This document shows, piece after piece, positions 1 through 8,625 of a stretch of DNA of 32,000 nucleotides. Both the position numbers and the translations under genes were made by a program. The notes below the pieces were generated by a model that saw nothing but the letters and a program-made list of their open reading frames with translations, ran no database searches and was not told where the DNA came from. Source of the DNA: Nitrososphaerales archaeon (GTDB lineage: Archaea; Thermoproteota; Nitrososphaeria; Nitrososphaerales; CADDZS01); contig JASHOD010000038.1 in NCBI GenBank assembly GCA_030041295.1, positions 2,973 through 34,972 on the forward strand, written 5' to 3'. Positions within the stretch are counted from its first letter, which is position 1, and each line of letters begins with the position of its first letter.

Positions 1-890
1 GTGTTAACAGCCACCGAGGAGTTTCCATGATTGCAGACGAATGCCACTATATGTTTTTGATCGTTCAATTCCGGAATGAGCTTTCGCAGCGCTTCTTTCA
101 ATTGGTTGAATTCTCCCCTTTGAACTCTTTGTAATATCGGGGTCTTTGATGACTCCATTGCCAGAGGAAGAAGCGGGTCGATCAGGAATCCTCCCTCAAG
201 CTGTTTGATCGAGACGTCACCGTTTTCACTTCCTTCCTTGGTTTCGGGCAAAGCGCGTGGCTCGCTTCTCGCTTTCCTAGCACAATGGAGAAGAATTGCC
301 CTAGATTCCCCGTCAAGCCCAGCAAGCATAGTCCAATAGTACACCACACTCCTTCCTTGTCTCTGAGAAAGTGATTCCAGGTCAGAGAGTGCGTATTCGC
401 TTCCGATTGTAAGAATACTTCCGGCTGACTTTAACACGGCTGTTTTGATCTCGTCGGATACGTCTAGCCTCGATAGCACGGCGATGAACTCGATTCCTAG
501 TAGTTTTGCTATCTCAGCGAGGCCCTTGCCGGTATTTCCTGAAGTGGGTTCTATCCAGACTTTCCTTGATCCTGATGCAGAGTAGATGCTTCCATTTCTT
601 ATTCCGTGCAATACCATAGAAGCAACCGCCCTCCCCTTTACCGACTCTGTGAGCTGATTCTTGTATTCCTCCTTGACAAAGAATCGATTGCCGATTAGAC
701 TCGGATTGCGGATCCTTAACACTTCATCAAGTTTGTCGGTTATGTCCGCGACGGACGTGGCATGAAGGGCCCTTCCGGAATCATAATCATAGAAAGGGGC
801 CTGAATCTGAGAGATGTAGGCTTTGACAACCGAGTAATCATTAAGGGCAACTGCCTGATTTCCAATTTGAGTACTTTGCATTCTAATCAT
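1..890 (-). CDS. PLP-dependent fold-type II enzyme (cysteine synthase / TrpB-like). Only the 5' portion (~296 codons) is present; the gene runs off the window start.
   Basis: The ORF track omits it because the window edge truncates it. My minus-strand translation from ATG (888-890) reads MIRMQSTQIGNQAVALNDY... It contains the PLP-lysine context 'LTESVKGRAV' and the phosphate loop 'EPTSGNTGKGLAEIAKLLG'. The frame stays open to position 1. Confidence 0.6.
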   Translation of the reverse strand, partial: MIRMQSTQIGNQAVALNDYSVVKAYISQIQAPFYDYDSGRALHATSVADITDKLDEVLRIRNPSLIGNRFFVKEEYKNQLTESVKGRAVASMVLHGIRNGSIYSASGSRKVWIEPTSGNTGKGLAEIAKLLGIEFIAVLSRLDVSDEIKTAVLKSAGSILTIGSEYALSDLESLSQRQGRSVVYYWTMLAGLDGESRAILLHCARKARSEPRALPETKEGSENGDVSIKQLEGGFLIDPLLPLAMESSKTPILQRVQRGEFNQLKEALRKLIPELNDQKHIVAFVCNHGNSSVAVN

Positions 891-1249
891 ATTAGCCTAT
901 TACTGGCGGAATTCCACACTCTGCTAATCAGAGGGGCGCTTCGAGATTGGGCATTAGACAAATATTGTAACAGTTTACAAGATCCACTAACATTGATGGT
1001 CTTTCTAAGATAACCATTGTACACTATGAACAGACAGTATGCACCATCTTCATTTATTGCCTCTTATCGAGGCACAGGACTCCATAGAACATGCAAATTA
1101 CGCATCAAAATTCGCATCGGAAAAGATGTACTAAGAACTTATCCTCTTTGGACAGGAGAAAGTTAGAAATTGGCAGTGGTAAGGCCTTAGCTGCGATCTT
1201 TGTAGTTGGGCCCTTCGAAGCAATTCAGTAATAGGCCCTGAAACACATT

Positions 1250-1957
1250 CTAACTGACAGTCTTTTGCGAAAGGCCCTGCTTATCTGATGGCACACTAAC
1301 CGCGGCGGTTTTCTTGTTTCTCGAAAAGTCAAAGAATCCAAGCCATAGCAGGACTATGCCAAAAAACTCTGAATAGTACAGGAAGGCAGGAAAAGAAGCG
1401 ATGTACAAAGAACCTGCGATGCTTACCACCACGACTCCTGCAATTATTGAAAGCATCTTTCGGCTGTGCGTCTTGCGATACGTTAGTGCGGCCGTCGCAA
1501 TCAAAACTGCCGCAGCTGGGAAGGTAATGACGGAACTCGCGACTAAATCTCCGAGGGGAGGGCTGCCTGCCACCACATAACTTTTCAAAATGTTCCCGAC
1601 CGTTTCAGTTGCAAGAAAATATGCCAACGCAACGCCCGATGCGACGGAGAAGGCGTAGTACGATGTCTTGACAGGCCTACCTTTGACTAACTGTAATGAT
1701 CCAAGTGCAAGCAATTCGACGAGCACTGCGACTATGCCAAGATATGATCGAATCAGTAGTTCGGTGTAATAACCGGCGGAGAACAATATTTCCAAAGCCA
1801 CGCCAAGTGCGAAGAACCACAGACCCAAGCTCCAAAACAGATAACTTCTCATTCTCTTTTTCATGTAATTCTGAGTAAGAAAGAGTGCAAGCATTATCGT
1901 CAACACAAGTATTAGCGACGTTGAAAACTCGACAAATTCCTGGCTAGCGATGTTCAA
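1250..1957 (-). CDS. Integral membrane protein (~7 hydrophobic helices), unknown family; probable third gene of the cyd operon
   Basis: 235-aa ORF on the same strand, 9 nt downstream of the cydB-like stop. About seven hydrophobic segments by eye. No motif I recognise. Confidence 0.55.
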   Translation of the reverse strand: MNIASQEFVEFSTSLILVLTIMLALFLTQNYMKKRMRSYLFWSLGLWFFALGVALEILFSAGYYTELLIRSYLGIVAVLVELLALGSLQLVKGRPVKTSYYAFSVASGVALAYFLATETVGNILKSYVVAGSPPLGDLVASSVITFPAAAVLIATAALTYRKTHSRKMLSIIAGVVVVSIAGSLYIASFPAFLYYSEFFGIVLLWLGFFDFSRNKKTAAVSVPSDKQGLSQKTVS

Positions 1958-1966
1958 AATCCGAGA

Positions 1967-3031
1967 TCATTTGCTCCTTCCTTGATGGATTTTAACAAGG
2001 GTTGCTTTTATTTTATATGCTATAAAGTTTAGATTCTGCGCTTTTTCTTCACGACTTATCGAAGGAATTTTCTCTTCGCCGCTCGAGAACATTCTTTTCT
2101 GACGCGTCGCAACTACTAGATAGACCCCGATCATGACCGCTAGAATAGCCCCTCCAACCCACGTCGTAACGTAGAACACGGGCACCATCGGACCACTCGT
2201 TGTGAATGAATCAATTGAGAGCGCCTGACCTATGAACTTTGGATATATCAGAGGTTGTAAGGAGAAAATGATTATCGAAAGTACTGCTAAGAAAACCGCT
2301 TTATTTGCAACGATATGCGCTGTGCTTTTCCAAAGATACAGACCGGCCACTACCAGTGTCAACAATGCAGGGATTGCGATGAAACCGCCCACAAGCGTTG
2401 AAGAGTAGAGATAATACGCTCCAATCGAAACCAATACTCCGACTACAGCTAGAGGTATGAATTTCTTAGCAAATGGCCTGATGTCAAAGAAGATCGGAGC
2501 TATTCCGACACCAATCAAAAGCGTTCCAGCTACGAAGAGCCAGCTGCCGGATTTTGAGGCCCAGGCAAAGATGTTGAAAGGCGTCGACAGCGCTGATGCG
2601 CCGTTGCTCAAGACGCCTGCGCCACTAACAAGCGAAGACAGTAGAATTAGAGCAGTGATACCGAGCAGCAGAGTCGAAATAGCGTAAGCTTGGTATAGTT
2701 TCCTCGCATCAAGCCATCGCTTCTTGATTATGAATTCGGCGAACACTATAGTCGAATTCCTCGCGACAAGAGTTATCAGGAATATGATGATGAGTGCTCC
2801 AAAAATCGTAGCCACCGGTATCAAGAGTGTAGGGTATGCCATATCCCCAGTAACAACCCAGAAAGCGGCGAAAGTCCCGGTGACTTCCCAGATAGGGACC
2901 ACATACTCGAGTACTTTGCTCTTTGCCGCGTCATAGAACAGCAGTAGCACGACTGATGCGACTATTTCGCTGATCAGCAAGGCTGCGAAGATAGAAAAGA
3001 TGGCATAGTTTGTTTCGAAGATTAGGTTCAT
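1967..3031 (-). CDS. cydB: Cytochrome bd oxidase subunit II-like (divergent CydB)
   Basis: 354-aa polytopic membrane protein, 3 nt downstream of cydA. 'VPIWEVTGTFAAFWVV' resembles the CydB P-x-W-D-x-N-E-x-W-L region. Otherwise highly divergent. Confidence 0.7.
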   Translation of the reverse strand: MNLIFETNYAIFSIFAALLISEIVASVVLLLFYDAAKSKVLEYVVPIWEVTGTFAAFWVVTGDMAYPTLLIPVATIFGALIIIFLITLVARNSTIVFAEFIIKKRWLDARKLYQAYAISTLLLGITALILLSSLVSGAGVLSNGASALSTPFNIFAWASKSGSWLFVAGTLLIGVGIAPIFFDIRPFAKKFIPLAVVGVLVSIGAYYLYSSTLVGGFIAIPALLTLVVAGLYLWKSTAHIVANKAVFLAVLSIIIFSLQPLIYPKFIGQALSIDSFTTSGPMVPVFYVTTWVGGAILAVMIGVYLVVATRQKRMFSSGEEKIPSISREEKAQNLNFIAYKIKATLVKIHQGRSK

Positions 3032-3034
3032 CTA

Positions 3035-4417
3035 TCAATAATTCACCTCTAACGCGACTGGGGACGGTTTCTTTGCATCAACTTCCTTTATCTCTTCATC
3101 CGGTCTGCTTGAATTGAAAACCCTGATGAAAAAGTAGAATGTCGTGGGAACAATAACAAAATAGAAAACCATGATCAATATTCCGGGAATTATCAAAGAA
3201 GTGCTCTGGTTTGCAGCTTGCGCGACGGTCACAACGCCGTAAACGATCCAGGGTTGGCGTCCCACCTCGTCGGTTATCCATCCGAACTGGTACACGAGAT
3301 AGGAACCGATGGCGGCCGCAATTTGAAGATACAGTAATACCTTGGATTCGAAGGGCCTCTTCTTGATCAGCCACCCGAGAATGTAGAGAAGAAAGTATCC
3401 GCCCGCCAGAAATGCGCCAAGTACCATGAGGTCGAAGGTCGTGTTTACATAGAGAGGCGGCCAAGTTGACGGATTAAATTGGGAAAGGCCCGGCAGCAGC
3501 GATTTTCCAGTCTCCGTCTTTGCAAGGAGAGATTGCAGCCCAGGAATAGTAAGTCCGAAGAAATGTTCCCCGAGATTTGATCCTGGGGTCAGGTTATGAT
3601 CCAAGGCAGCGTACTTCTCCGGTTGATCCAGAAGAAGTGTTGCCATTTCGTTTGTCCCACTTAGCCCTGCTAAAATCAAAGTTACGATGCTCGTTACCCA
3701 TGTTAGACGTAATCCCTTCGTTAGCAGAGTTCGTTCCTCGGGTTTCCTGTTTCGGATCAGTCTATAGGCGAAATACCCACCAATTATCATCGATCCCGTA
3801 AAGACGGTCGTCGAAAGCACGTGAGCTATCTCTGCGAAAGTCGATGGAGTAAAGAACGGGGCCCATGGATTAACTCCAGTGACGACAAGCTGCCCAGTTT
3901 TCAAGCCTTGAGTAAGCGCCGACGCATTAAGGCCGTTTGGTGTATTCATCCACGCATTGACTGCTACAATCAGAACCGCAGAAATCAGAGTACCTGCTGC
4001 GACTATACAGCCTACGACGAAATGGGTCCATTTTCCTCTAAATGCGTTCGCGTAATAGACGTACAACACTAAGAAAATCGTCTCTAAGAAGAAAGCAAAT
4101 ACTTCAAAGTAGAATAACTCGATCACTCCAGTTTGTGCCCCGACTGTAATAAAGGCAGGGAACAGGGTGACGAGCTCGACCGCCATCACAATGCCACTTG
4201 CCGTACCGACTCCAAACGAAATTGTGAATACTTTGGTCAGCCTTTTCCCAAGGTTCGCAAAGTATGGATCATGTCGCCTAATCGATAGAAATTCCGCAAG
4301 AACTATTGTGATGATTAGAGCGATACTCGTAGTAACTAGTGTGATGTGGGATGCGATCGTGAACGCAAACAAGAATCGGTCAAAAGTAGTCATCGTTCCG
4401 AAAAGAAGAATGCTCAA
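3035..4417 (-). CDS. cydA: Cytochrome bd ubiquinol/menaquinol oxidase subunit I
   Basis: 460 aa. TM1 His ('FTIASHITL'), 'FYFEVFAFFLETIF', 'NAWMNTPNG', 'FAEIAHVL', and the hallmark 'GWITDEVGRQPWIVYG'. Confidence 0.9.
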   Translation of the reverse strand: MSILLFGTMTTFDRFLFAFTIASHITLVTTSIALIITIVLAEFLSIRRHDPYFANLGKRLTKVFTISFGVGTASGIVMAVELVTLFPAFITVGAQTGVIELFYFEVFAFFLETIFLVLYVYYANAFRGKWTHFVVGCIVAAGTLISAVLIVAVNAWMNTPNGLNASALTQGLKTGQLVVTGVNPWAPFFTPSTFAEIAHVLSTTVFTGSMIIGGYFAYRLIRNRKPEERTLLTKGLRLTWVTSIVTLILAGLSGTNEMATLLLDQPEKYAALDHNLTPGSNLGEHFFGLTIPGLQSLLAKTETGKSLLPGLSQFNPSTWPPLYVNTTFDLMVLGAFLAGGYFLLYILGWLIKKRPFESKVLLYLQIAAAIGSYLVYQFGWITDEVGRQPWIVYGVVTVAQAANQSTSLIIPGILIMVFYFVIVPTTFYFFIRVFNSSRPDEEIKEVDAKKPSPVALEVNY

Positions 4418-4470
4418 TTTTTCCGACTTCCAAATAACTTTCTTCTAACACATTATAAATTGGGCACACG

Positions 4471-4488
4471 ATTCTCAAAAATGAGAAT
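4471..4488. promoter_or_regulatory. Perfect palindrome ATTCTCA-AAAA-TGAGAAT upstream of the cydA promoter (candidate operator)
   Basis: 14/14 match to the recurrent motif. A TATA-like 'ttataaat' (4453-4460) lies 10 nt toward cydA (start 4417). Confidence 0.6.
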
Positions 4489-4789
4489 ACAATCAGGGTC
4501 TACGGAGTTCCTCTTTTTCCTTCAAGAATTTCCATTGATGTGATGCATGCAAGCAGAGGTAAAGCGAAAACGCAGCATTACTGATCTCTTTGGATTCCTA
4601 GAACCAGTGACGCAGAGATTCGATTCGGGACAGTATTATTGTTGAACGAAAGAGCCGTTATTGAAGCCAAATCCAAGAAAGCGAATCGAATAAAGAAAAT
4701 TGGTGTCGCATCGACGAGTTAACTTGACTAGATTCAAAGGTCTTGCGAAAAGGCATAAAGCTCCTTCTCCCGACAGACCCTCTACTGGT

Positions 4790-6454
4790 TCAGTGAACGC
4801 CGATTACTTGGCCTTCGCGAGTCAAGTAGATGTCTTCAGCAGCTGGGTGAAGCGGCAGCCCGGGCATCGTCATAATGCTCCCCATGTAAACGACATTGAA
4901 TCCCGCGCCGGCTGCGACGCGGATTTCGTCAACTTTCGTTTTGAAACCACGGGGCCTTCCCAACTTTTGCGGATCATCAGAAAGGGAAGATGGTGTCTTC
5001 GCGATGCAGACTGGAAGTTTGTCAAAGCCGTATTTTTCTATACGGGCAACATCCTTCATCGACGAGGGAGAATACTCTTCTCCAACCCCCCCATAAATCT
5101 TCGTGACTACTTTCTCAATCTTTTCGCGAGTCGTATCTTCGAGCGAATAGAGCGCTTTTGATCTGGATCCTTTCTGCGAGGCTTCAATCGCAAGCATTGC
5201 TAATTCAATAGCTCCTGAGGATCCTAGTTCAAATGCCTCCGAAACGGCGCAAGATACGTTCAGGTTTCTACAAGCTTGTTTCACCATGTTTATGTCGTCT
5301 TGGCTGTCGTCCGGGAACTTGTTGACAGCGACAATCGGGGTTATTCCGAGGAGCTCCATATTTTCAATGTGTTTTGCAAGATTCTCAACGCCCCCAATGA
5401 GCTGCCCGTAATTTTGAGAAAGTAACATGGAGGAACCTGACGTGCTAAAGTAAGTAGAACTCAAAGGCTCAGATGTTTTTGAGTGATATTTTAGCGCTCT
5501 AATTGAAGCCACTATTATTGCACAATCGACGTTGAGTTCTCCGATCCTCGAGACGATATCAACGAATTTCTCTCCTCCGAGGTCGCTTCCAAAACCTGCC
5601 TCGATGACACAATAGTCAGCCAGGCTCAACCCAAGATTTATTGAAACGAGGCTGCAAGTTCCGGTCGCCAAATTTCCGAAGGGGCCTCCGTGAATCAAGG
5701 CCGGTGTTCCCTCGCAGGTCTGTGACAGGTTCGGCAGAAAGGCATCTTTCAAAATCGCTGCCATTGCCCCTGATGCTTTGACATCCGAAGCAGTTATGGG
5801 CTCATCGTTTGAATTAGACCCAATTATTATTCTTCCGAGCTTGTCACTAAGATCAGAATAATTCTTTGAAAGACAAAACGTTGCCATGACCTCTGAAGCC
5901 GCTGTAATCATGAATCTATCCTCTCTCGGAGCCATGTGTTTTTCTTCTGAGAGCCCTACTTTGATCCTTCTCAAGGCACGGTCCTCCATGTCGACTGCTC
6001 TCGTCCAGGAAATCGAGTTTGGATCTATGCAGAGAGAATTTCCGTGGAATATTTGATTATCCACCATGGCGGCGAGCAGGTTGTGCGCTGCGCTGATCGC
6101 GTCAATGTCGCCGGTGAATCGCATGTTGATCTCGGTCGAAGGCTCGACTGTACATTTTCCTCCTCCAGTCGCCCCACCCTTCACGCCAAACAAAGGGCCG
6201 AGCGAAGGCTGCCTGATGATCGAAATGGCTCTATGACCTAATTTATTGAGTGCCATTGACAAGCCTATGGCGGTGACCGTCTTTCCCTCACCATGCGGTG
6301 TCGGGGTCATTGCCGTAACCAATACTACCTTCGCGTTTCGTCGGCGATATCGATCGATTACTTCTAAACCAATCTTTGCGGCGTAATTTCCGTAAGGCTT
6401 CACAGCGCCGAGAGGGATGTCAAGGTCTTTTGCTATTTCAAGGATATTCTTCAT
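4790..6454 (-). CDS. fhs: Formate--tetrahydrofolate ligase
   Basis: 554 aa. 'TPTPHGEGKTVTAIGL' nucleotide-binding loop and full-length colinearity with FTHFS. Its start overlaps the ilvE stop (ATGA at 6451-6454). Confidence 0.93.
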   Translation of the reverse strand: MKNILEIAKDLDIPLGAVKPYGNYAAKIGLEVIDRYRRRNAKVVLVTAMTPTPHGEGKTVTAIGLSMALNKLGHRAISIIRQPSLGPLFGVKGGATGGGKCTVEPSTEINMRFTGDIDAISAAHNLLAAMVDNQIFHGNSLCIDPNSISWTRAVDMEDRALRRIKVGLSEEKHMAPREDRFMITAASEVMATFCLSKNYSDLSDKLGRIIIGSNSNDEPITASDVKASGAMAAILKDAFLPNLSQTCEGTPALIHGGPFGNLATGTCSLVSINLGLSLADYCVIEAGFGSDLGGEKFVDIVSRIGELNVDCAIIVASIRALKYHSKTSEPLSSTYFSTSGSSMLLSQNYGQLIGGVENLAKHIENMELLGITPIVAVNKFPDDSQDDINMVKQACRNLNVSCAVSEAFELGSSGAIELAMLAIEASQKGSRSKALYSLEDTTREKIEKVVTKIYGGVGEEYSPSSMKDVARIEKYGFDKLPVCIAKTPSSLSDDPQKLGRPRGFKTKVDEIRVAAGAGFNVVYMGSIMTMPGLPLHPAAEDIYLTREGQVIGVH

Positions 6455-7392
6455 GCCCTAACTTTCACTTTGCGCTCAAGTACGACATAATCGAGCCAGT
6501 CACGGTACTTCCTGTTGCGACCGTGAATTACATCCGAATACTCTTTTCGTATTTTGTCGGCGTATGGCCATTTGCCGTTTCCGATTCTTCTGCCGTCGAC
6601 TTCTCTGATCGGTGTTATACCGGCAGCTGTTCCCGTGAGCAAGAGTTCGTCGGATGTGTATAGTTCCTCGCGAGATATAGTATTCCTCCTGACCGTCATT
6701 CCATTATCGGTAGCGATCTTGATGACCGTGTCTCTAGTAATGCCTCTCAAAGCTCCATCTGAAGCTGGCGGGGTGCTCAGGATTCCATCCTTCAATCGGA
6801 ATATGTTCTCCCCCGTCCCCTCTGTCACATTGTTGTTCAGATTGAGCATGATTGCTTCGTCATACCCTGCCTTGACGGCCTCGATCTTGGCGAGGCTTCC
6901 ATTGGCGTAATTCGCAGTTGCTTTGGCTTGCGGAGGGAGTATTGCAGAATTGACTCTCTTCCAAGAAGATACTTGGCACTTTACGCCTTTTTCTTCGGCG
7001 TCCTTGCCAAGATAGGTCCCCCATTCCCAAGCGGCAATCGCCACATCCACCCTGTTGGGAAGAGGGTTCACTCCCATCTCGCCATAGCTGTAGTAAGCTA
7101 TCGGTCTAACGTAACACTCTTGCAGGCTGTTCACTTCTACCGTTTCCTTGACAGCGTTTACGATCTCCTTGGGGCTGAAGGGGATGTCCATCATGTAAAT
7201 TTTCGCGCTGTCGTAAAGCCTGCTGATGTGATCATTTAGTCTGAAAACTGCTGAGCCATCCTCGGTACGGAAGCATCTAATTCCTTCAAAAATCGCGGTT
7301 CCGTAATGCAGAGCATGGGTAAGCACATGGATTTTAGCGTCCTCCCACTTGCGAAGCCTACCGTTCATCCAGATCAATTGTGATTGTTGCAT
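6451..7392 (-). CDS. ilvE: Branched-chain amino acid aminotransferase (class IV)
   Basis: 313 aa. The N-terminus 'IWMNGRLRKWEDAKIHVLTHALHYGTAIFEGIRCF' is typical of IlvE. Confidence 0.9.
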   Translation of the reverse strand: MQQSQLIWMNGRLRKWEDAKIHVLTHALHYGTAIFEGIRCFRTEDGSAVFRLNDHISRLYDSAKIYMMDIPFSPKEIVNAVKETVEVNSLQECYVRPIAYYSYGEMGVNPLPNRVDVAIAAWEWGTYLGKDAEEKGVKCQVSSWKRVNSAILPPQAKATANYANGSLAKIEAVKAGYDEAIMLNLNNNVTEGTGENIFRLKDGILSTPPASDGALRGITRDTVIKIATDNGMTVRRNTISREELYTSDELLLTGTAAGITPIREVDGRRIGNGKWPYADKIRKEYSDVIHGRNRKYRDWLDYVVLERKVKVRA

Positions 7393-7442
7393 TTGCCGTC
7401 AAAGTACATTTCCCGCACCATCCGCTTTAAGAGCATACCTTA

Positions 7443-7460
7443 ATTCTCAAGAATGAGAAT
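7443..7460. promoter_or_regulatory. Perfect palindrome ATTCTCA-AGAA-TGAGAAT in the divergent ilvE / hypC intergenic region
   Basis: 14/14 match. TATA-like octamers sit 10 nt away on both sides ('ctttaaga' 7425-7432 and 'tttaagca' 7471-7478). Confidence 0.6.
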
Positions 7461-7567
7461 TGGTAAGAAGTTTAAGCATGCTATCTGATTTGATAATACG
7501 TGAAACAGATAATACTCCAAAAATCGTATAGCTCTTCGAGCAACACGATGGCAGGGGGAACATTACA

Positions 7568-7798
7568 TTGTGCATTACTAGAGTTGGAAAGATAGTTTCG
7601 CTTAAAGAATCAAAGAGTGCGACTGTCAGATTACTCGGCGACGGTAAGATTGTTGAAGACGTCGACGTCTCTATGATTAAAGCCAAGTTAAACTCTTTTG
7701 TCGAAGTTTATGCTAACCTTGCTTTGAGGAAGCTCAGCACTGCAGAGGCGGAAGAGCGAAGTCAAGTCTGGGTAGAAATCATGCGGGCGAGGAATTGA
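7568..7798 (+). CDS. hypC: HypC/HupF-family hydrogenase maturation chaperone-like protein
   Basis: 76 aa with a TTG start, preceded by a GGGGGA ribosome-binding site 8 nt upstream. The N-terminus 'MCITRVGKIV' matches the HypC 'MC(L/I)xxPG' pattern with the essential Cys2. The C-terminus 'FVEVYANLALRKLSTAEAEE' parallels E. coli HypC 'WVLVHVGFAMSVINEAEARD'. Confidence 0.75.
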   Translation: MCITRVGKIVSLKESKSATVRLLGDGKIVEDVDVSMIKAKLNSFVEVYANLALRKLSTAEAEERSQVWVEIMRARN

Positions 7799-7802
7799 TC
7801 TC

Positions 7803-8576
7803 ATGCCATTGGTAGACGCTTCGGGGGCGCTTTTTCACGCAAAACATGCGTTCATGCCTAACAAGCTAGGTTACTGCGGTCCCGACGATAGAGGGATGAT
7901 CCTAGACCGCCTCAGAGAGTCGACGGTCGATGATAGACTTGTCGCAACGCTAAAAAATTTCGAAGCTGCGTACCCCTTCATTCGGCTAATCGGGAAATCC
8001 AATCAAAGAGACCCCTTTGATCTAAAAGTGGCAGATGCCTACTGGATCGGGAACAAACTACTAAGCAACGTATCACCGAAAGCATTTTACAATTTTGCAC
8101 TCGAAGACCTTCGAAAGAAAAACGGAGAAGAGATCCGTTCTTTGTTTCTTGCCTTGCGAGACAAGGCAATCCCTCACCACACTTTCTATGTGATAAGCAC
8201 GACCATGAGTATAATCTCGGATTTTCACCATACGAGCGGAGCCAATCCGAACAAACTCTCTGAAACAATGGATAATTGCAGAATTTCTTGGGGAGAGGCG
8301 ACCAAAATCGAACGTGATCAACTCAAGATTCGCTATCGACCACTTCGCTTCGAAGATGGATGGCTATCTCTGGGCCCAATGAAGACAAAGACTATTGAAT
8401 ACGACAGATCCGTCTCTCCGTTCGATAAGATTGCGGTAGGAGATTACGTCAGCATTCATTGGAATTTTGCATGCGAGATTCTCTCGGAAACACAGCTCAG
8501 AAATATACAAAATTACACAAAGAAGGATATCCAAGCGGTGAACGTCTTCCTGGAAGCAACAAAGCGATCCAAGTAA
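7803..8576 (+). CDS. Unknown His/Cys-rich N-terminal domain fused to a C-terminal HypC-like OB domain
   Basis: 257 aa, starting 4 nt after the hypC-like stop, with a GAGGAA ribosome-binding site. Residues ~157-240 ('DNCRISWGEATKIERDQLKIRY...VGDYVSIHWNFACEILSETQLRN') align by eye with full-length HypC ('MCIGVPGQIRTIDGNQAKVDV...VGQWVLVHVGFAMSVINEAEARD'). The N-terminal domain carries 'HAKHAFMPNKLGYCGPDD', 'IPHHTF' and 'DFHHTSG'. Confidence 0.7.
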   Translation: MPLVDASGALFHAKHAFMPNKLGYCGPDDRGMILDRLRESTVDDRLVATLKNFEAAYPFIRLIGKSNQRDPFDLKVADAYWIGNKLLSNVSPKAFYNFALEDLRKKNGEEIRSLFLALRDKAIPHHTFYVISTTMSIISDFHHTSGANPNKLSETMDNCRISWGEATKIERDQLKIRYRPLRFEDGWLSLGPMKTKTIEYDRSVSPFDKIAVGDYVSIHWNFACEILSETQLRNIQNYTKKDIQAVNVFLEATKRSK

Positions 8577-8625
8577 CAAAGATATTCTCTGTTTCCAAAG
8601 TCGAAAAAAATAGGCGACTAGTTAC

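Noticed and set aside
911-928. ATTCCAC-ACTC-TGCTAAT upstream of the PLP-enzyme gene
   Set aside because: Only 9/14 matches, with no TATA-like box at the expected distance, and it sits 21 nt from the start codon.
762-1013. 83-aa plus-strand ORF
   Set aside because: It overlaps, in antisense, the 5' end of the PLP-enzyme gene (start at 890) and its upstream region. Low-complexity translation.
3096-3464. 122-aa minus-strand ORF inside cydA
   Set aside because: It is an out-of-frame overlap with cydA, which has unambiguous family motifs. The alternative frame is Arg-rich nonsense.
4471-4488. Resemblance of the GAAT/ATTC arms to eukaryotic heat-shock elements (nGAAn repeats)
   Set aside because: The similarity is superficial. 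The unit length, spacing and context (archaeal-type TATA promoters) differ, and no HSF-type system is expected here.
4418-4789. Possible 32-aa ORF (MPFRKTFESSQVNSSMRHQFSLFDSLSWIWLQ) or ncRNA in the 370-bp gap between fhs and cydA
   Set aside because: There is an AAGGAG-like site only 4 nt before the ATG, no recognisable features, and no way to test conservation here. Left unannotated.
4700-5161. 153-aa plus-strand ORF
   Set aside because: It is antisense to the well-supported fhs gene. Arg/Ser-rich shadow-frame composition.
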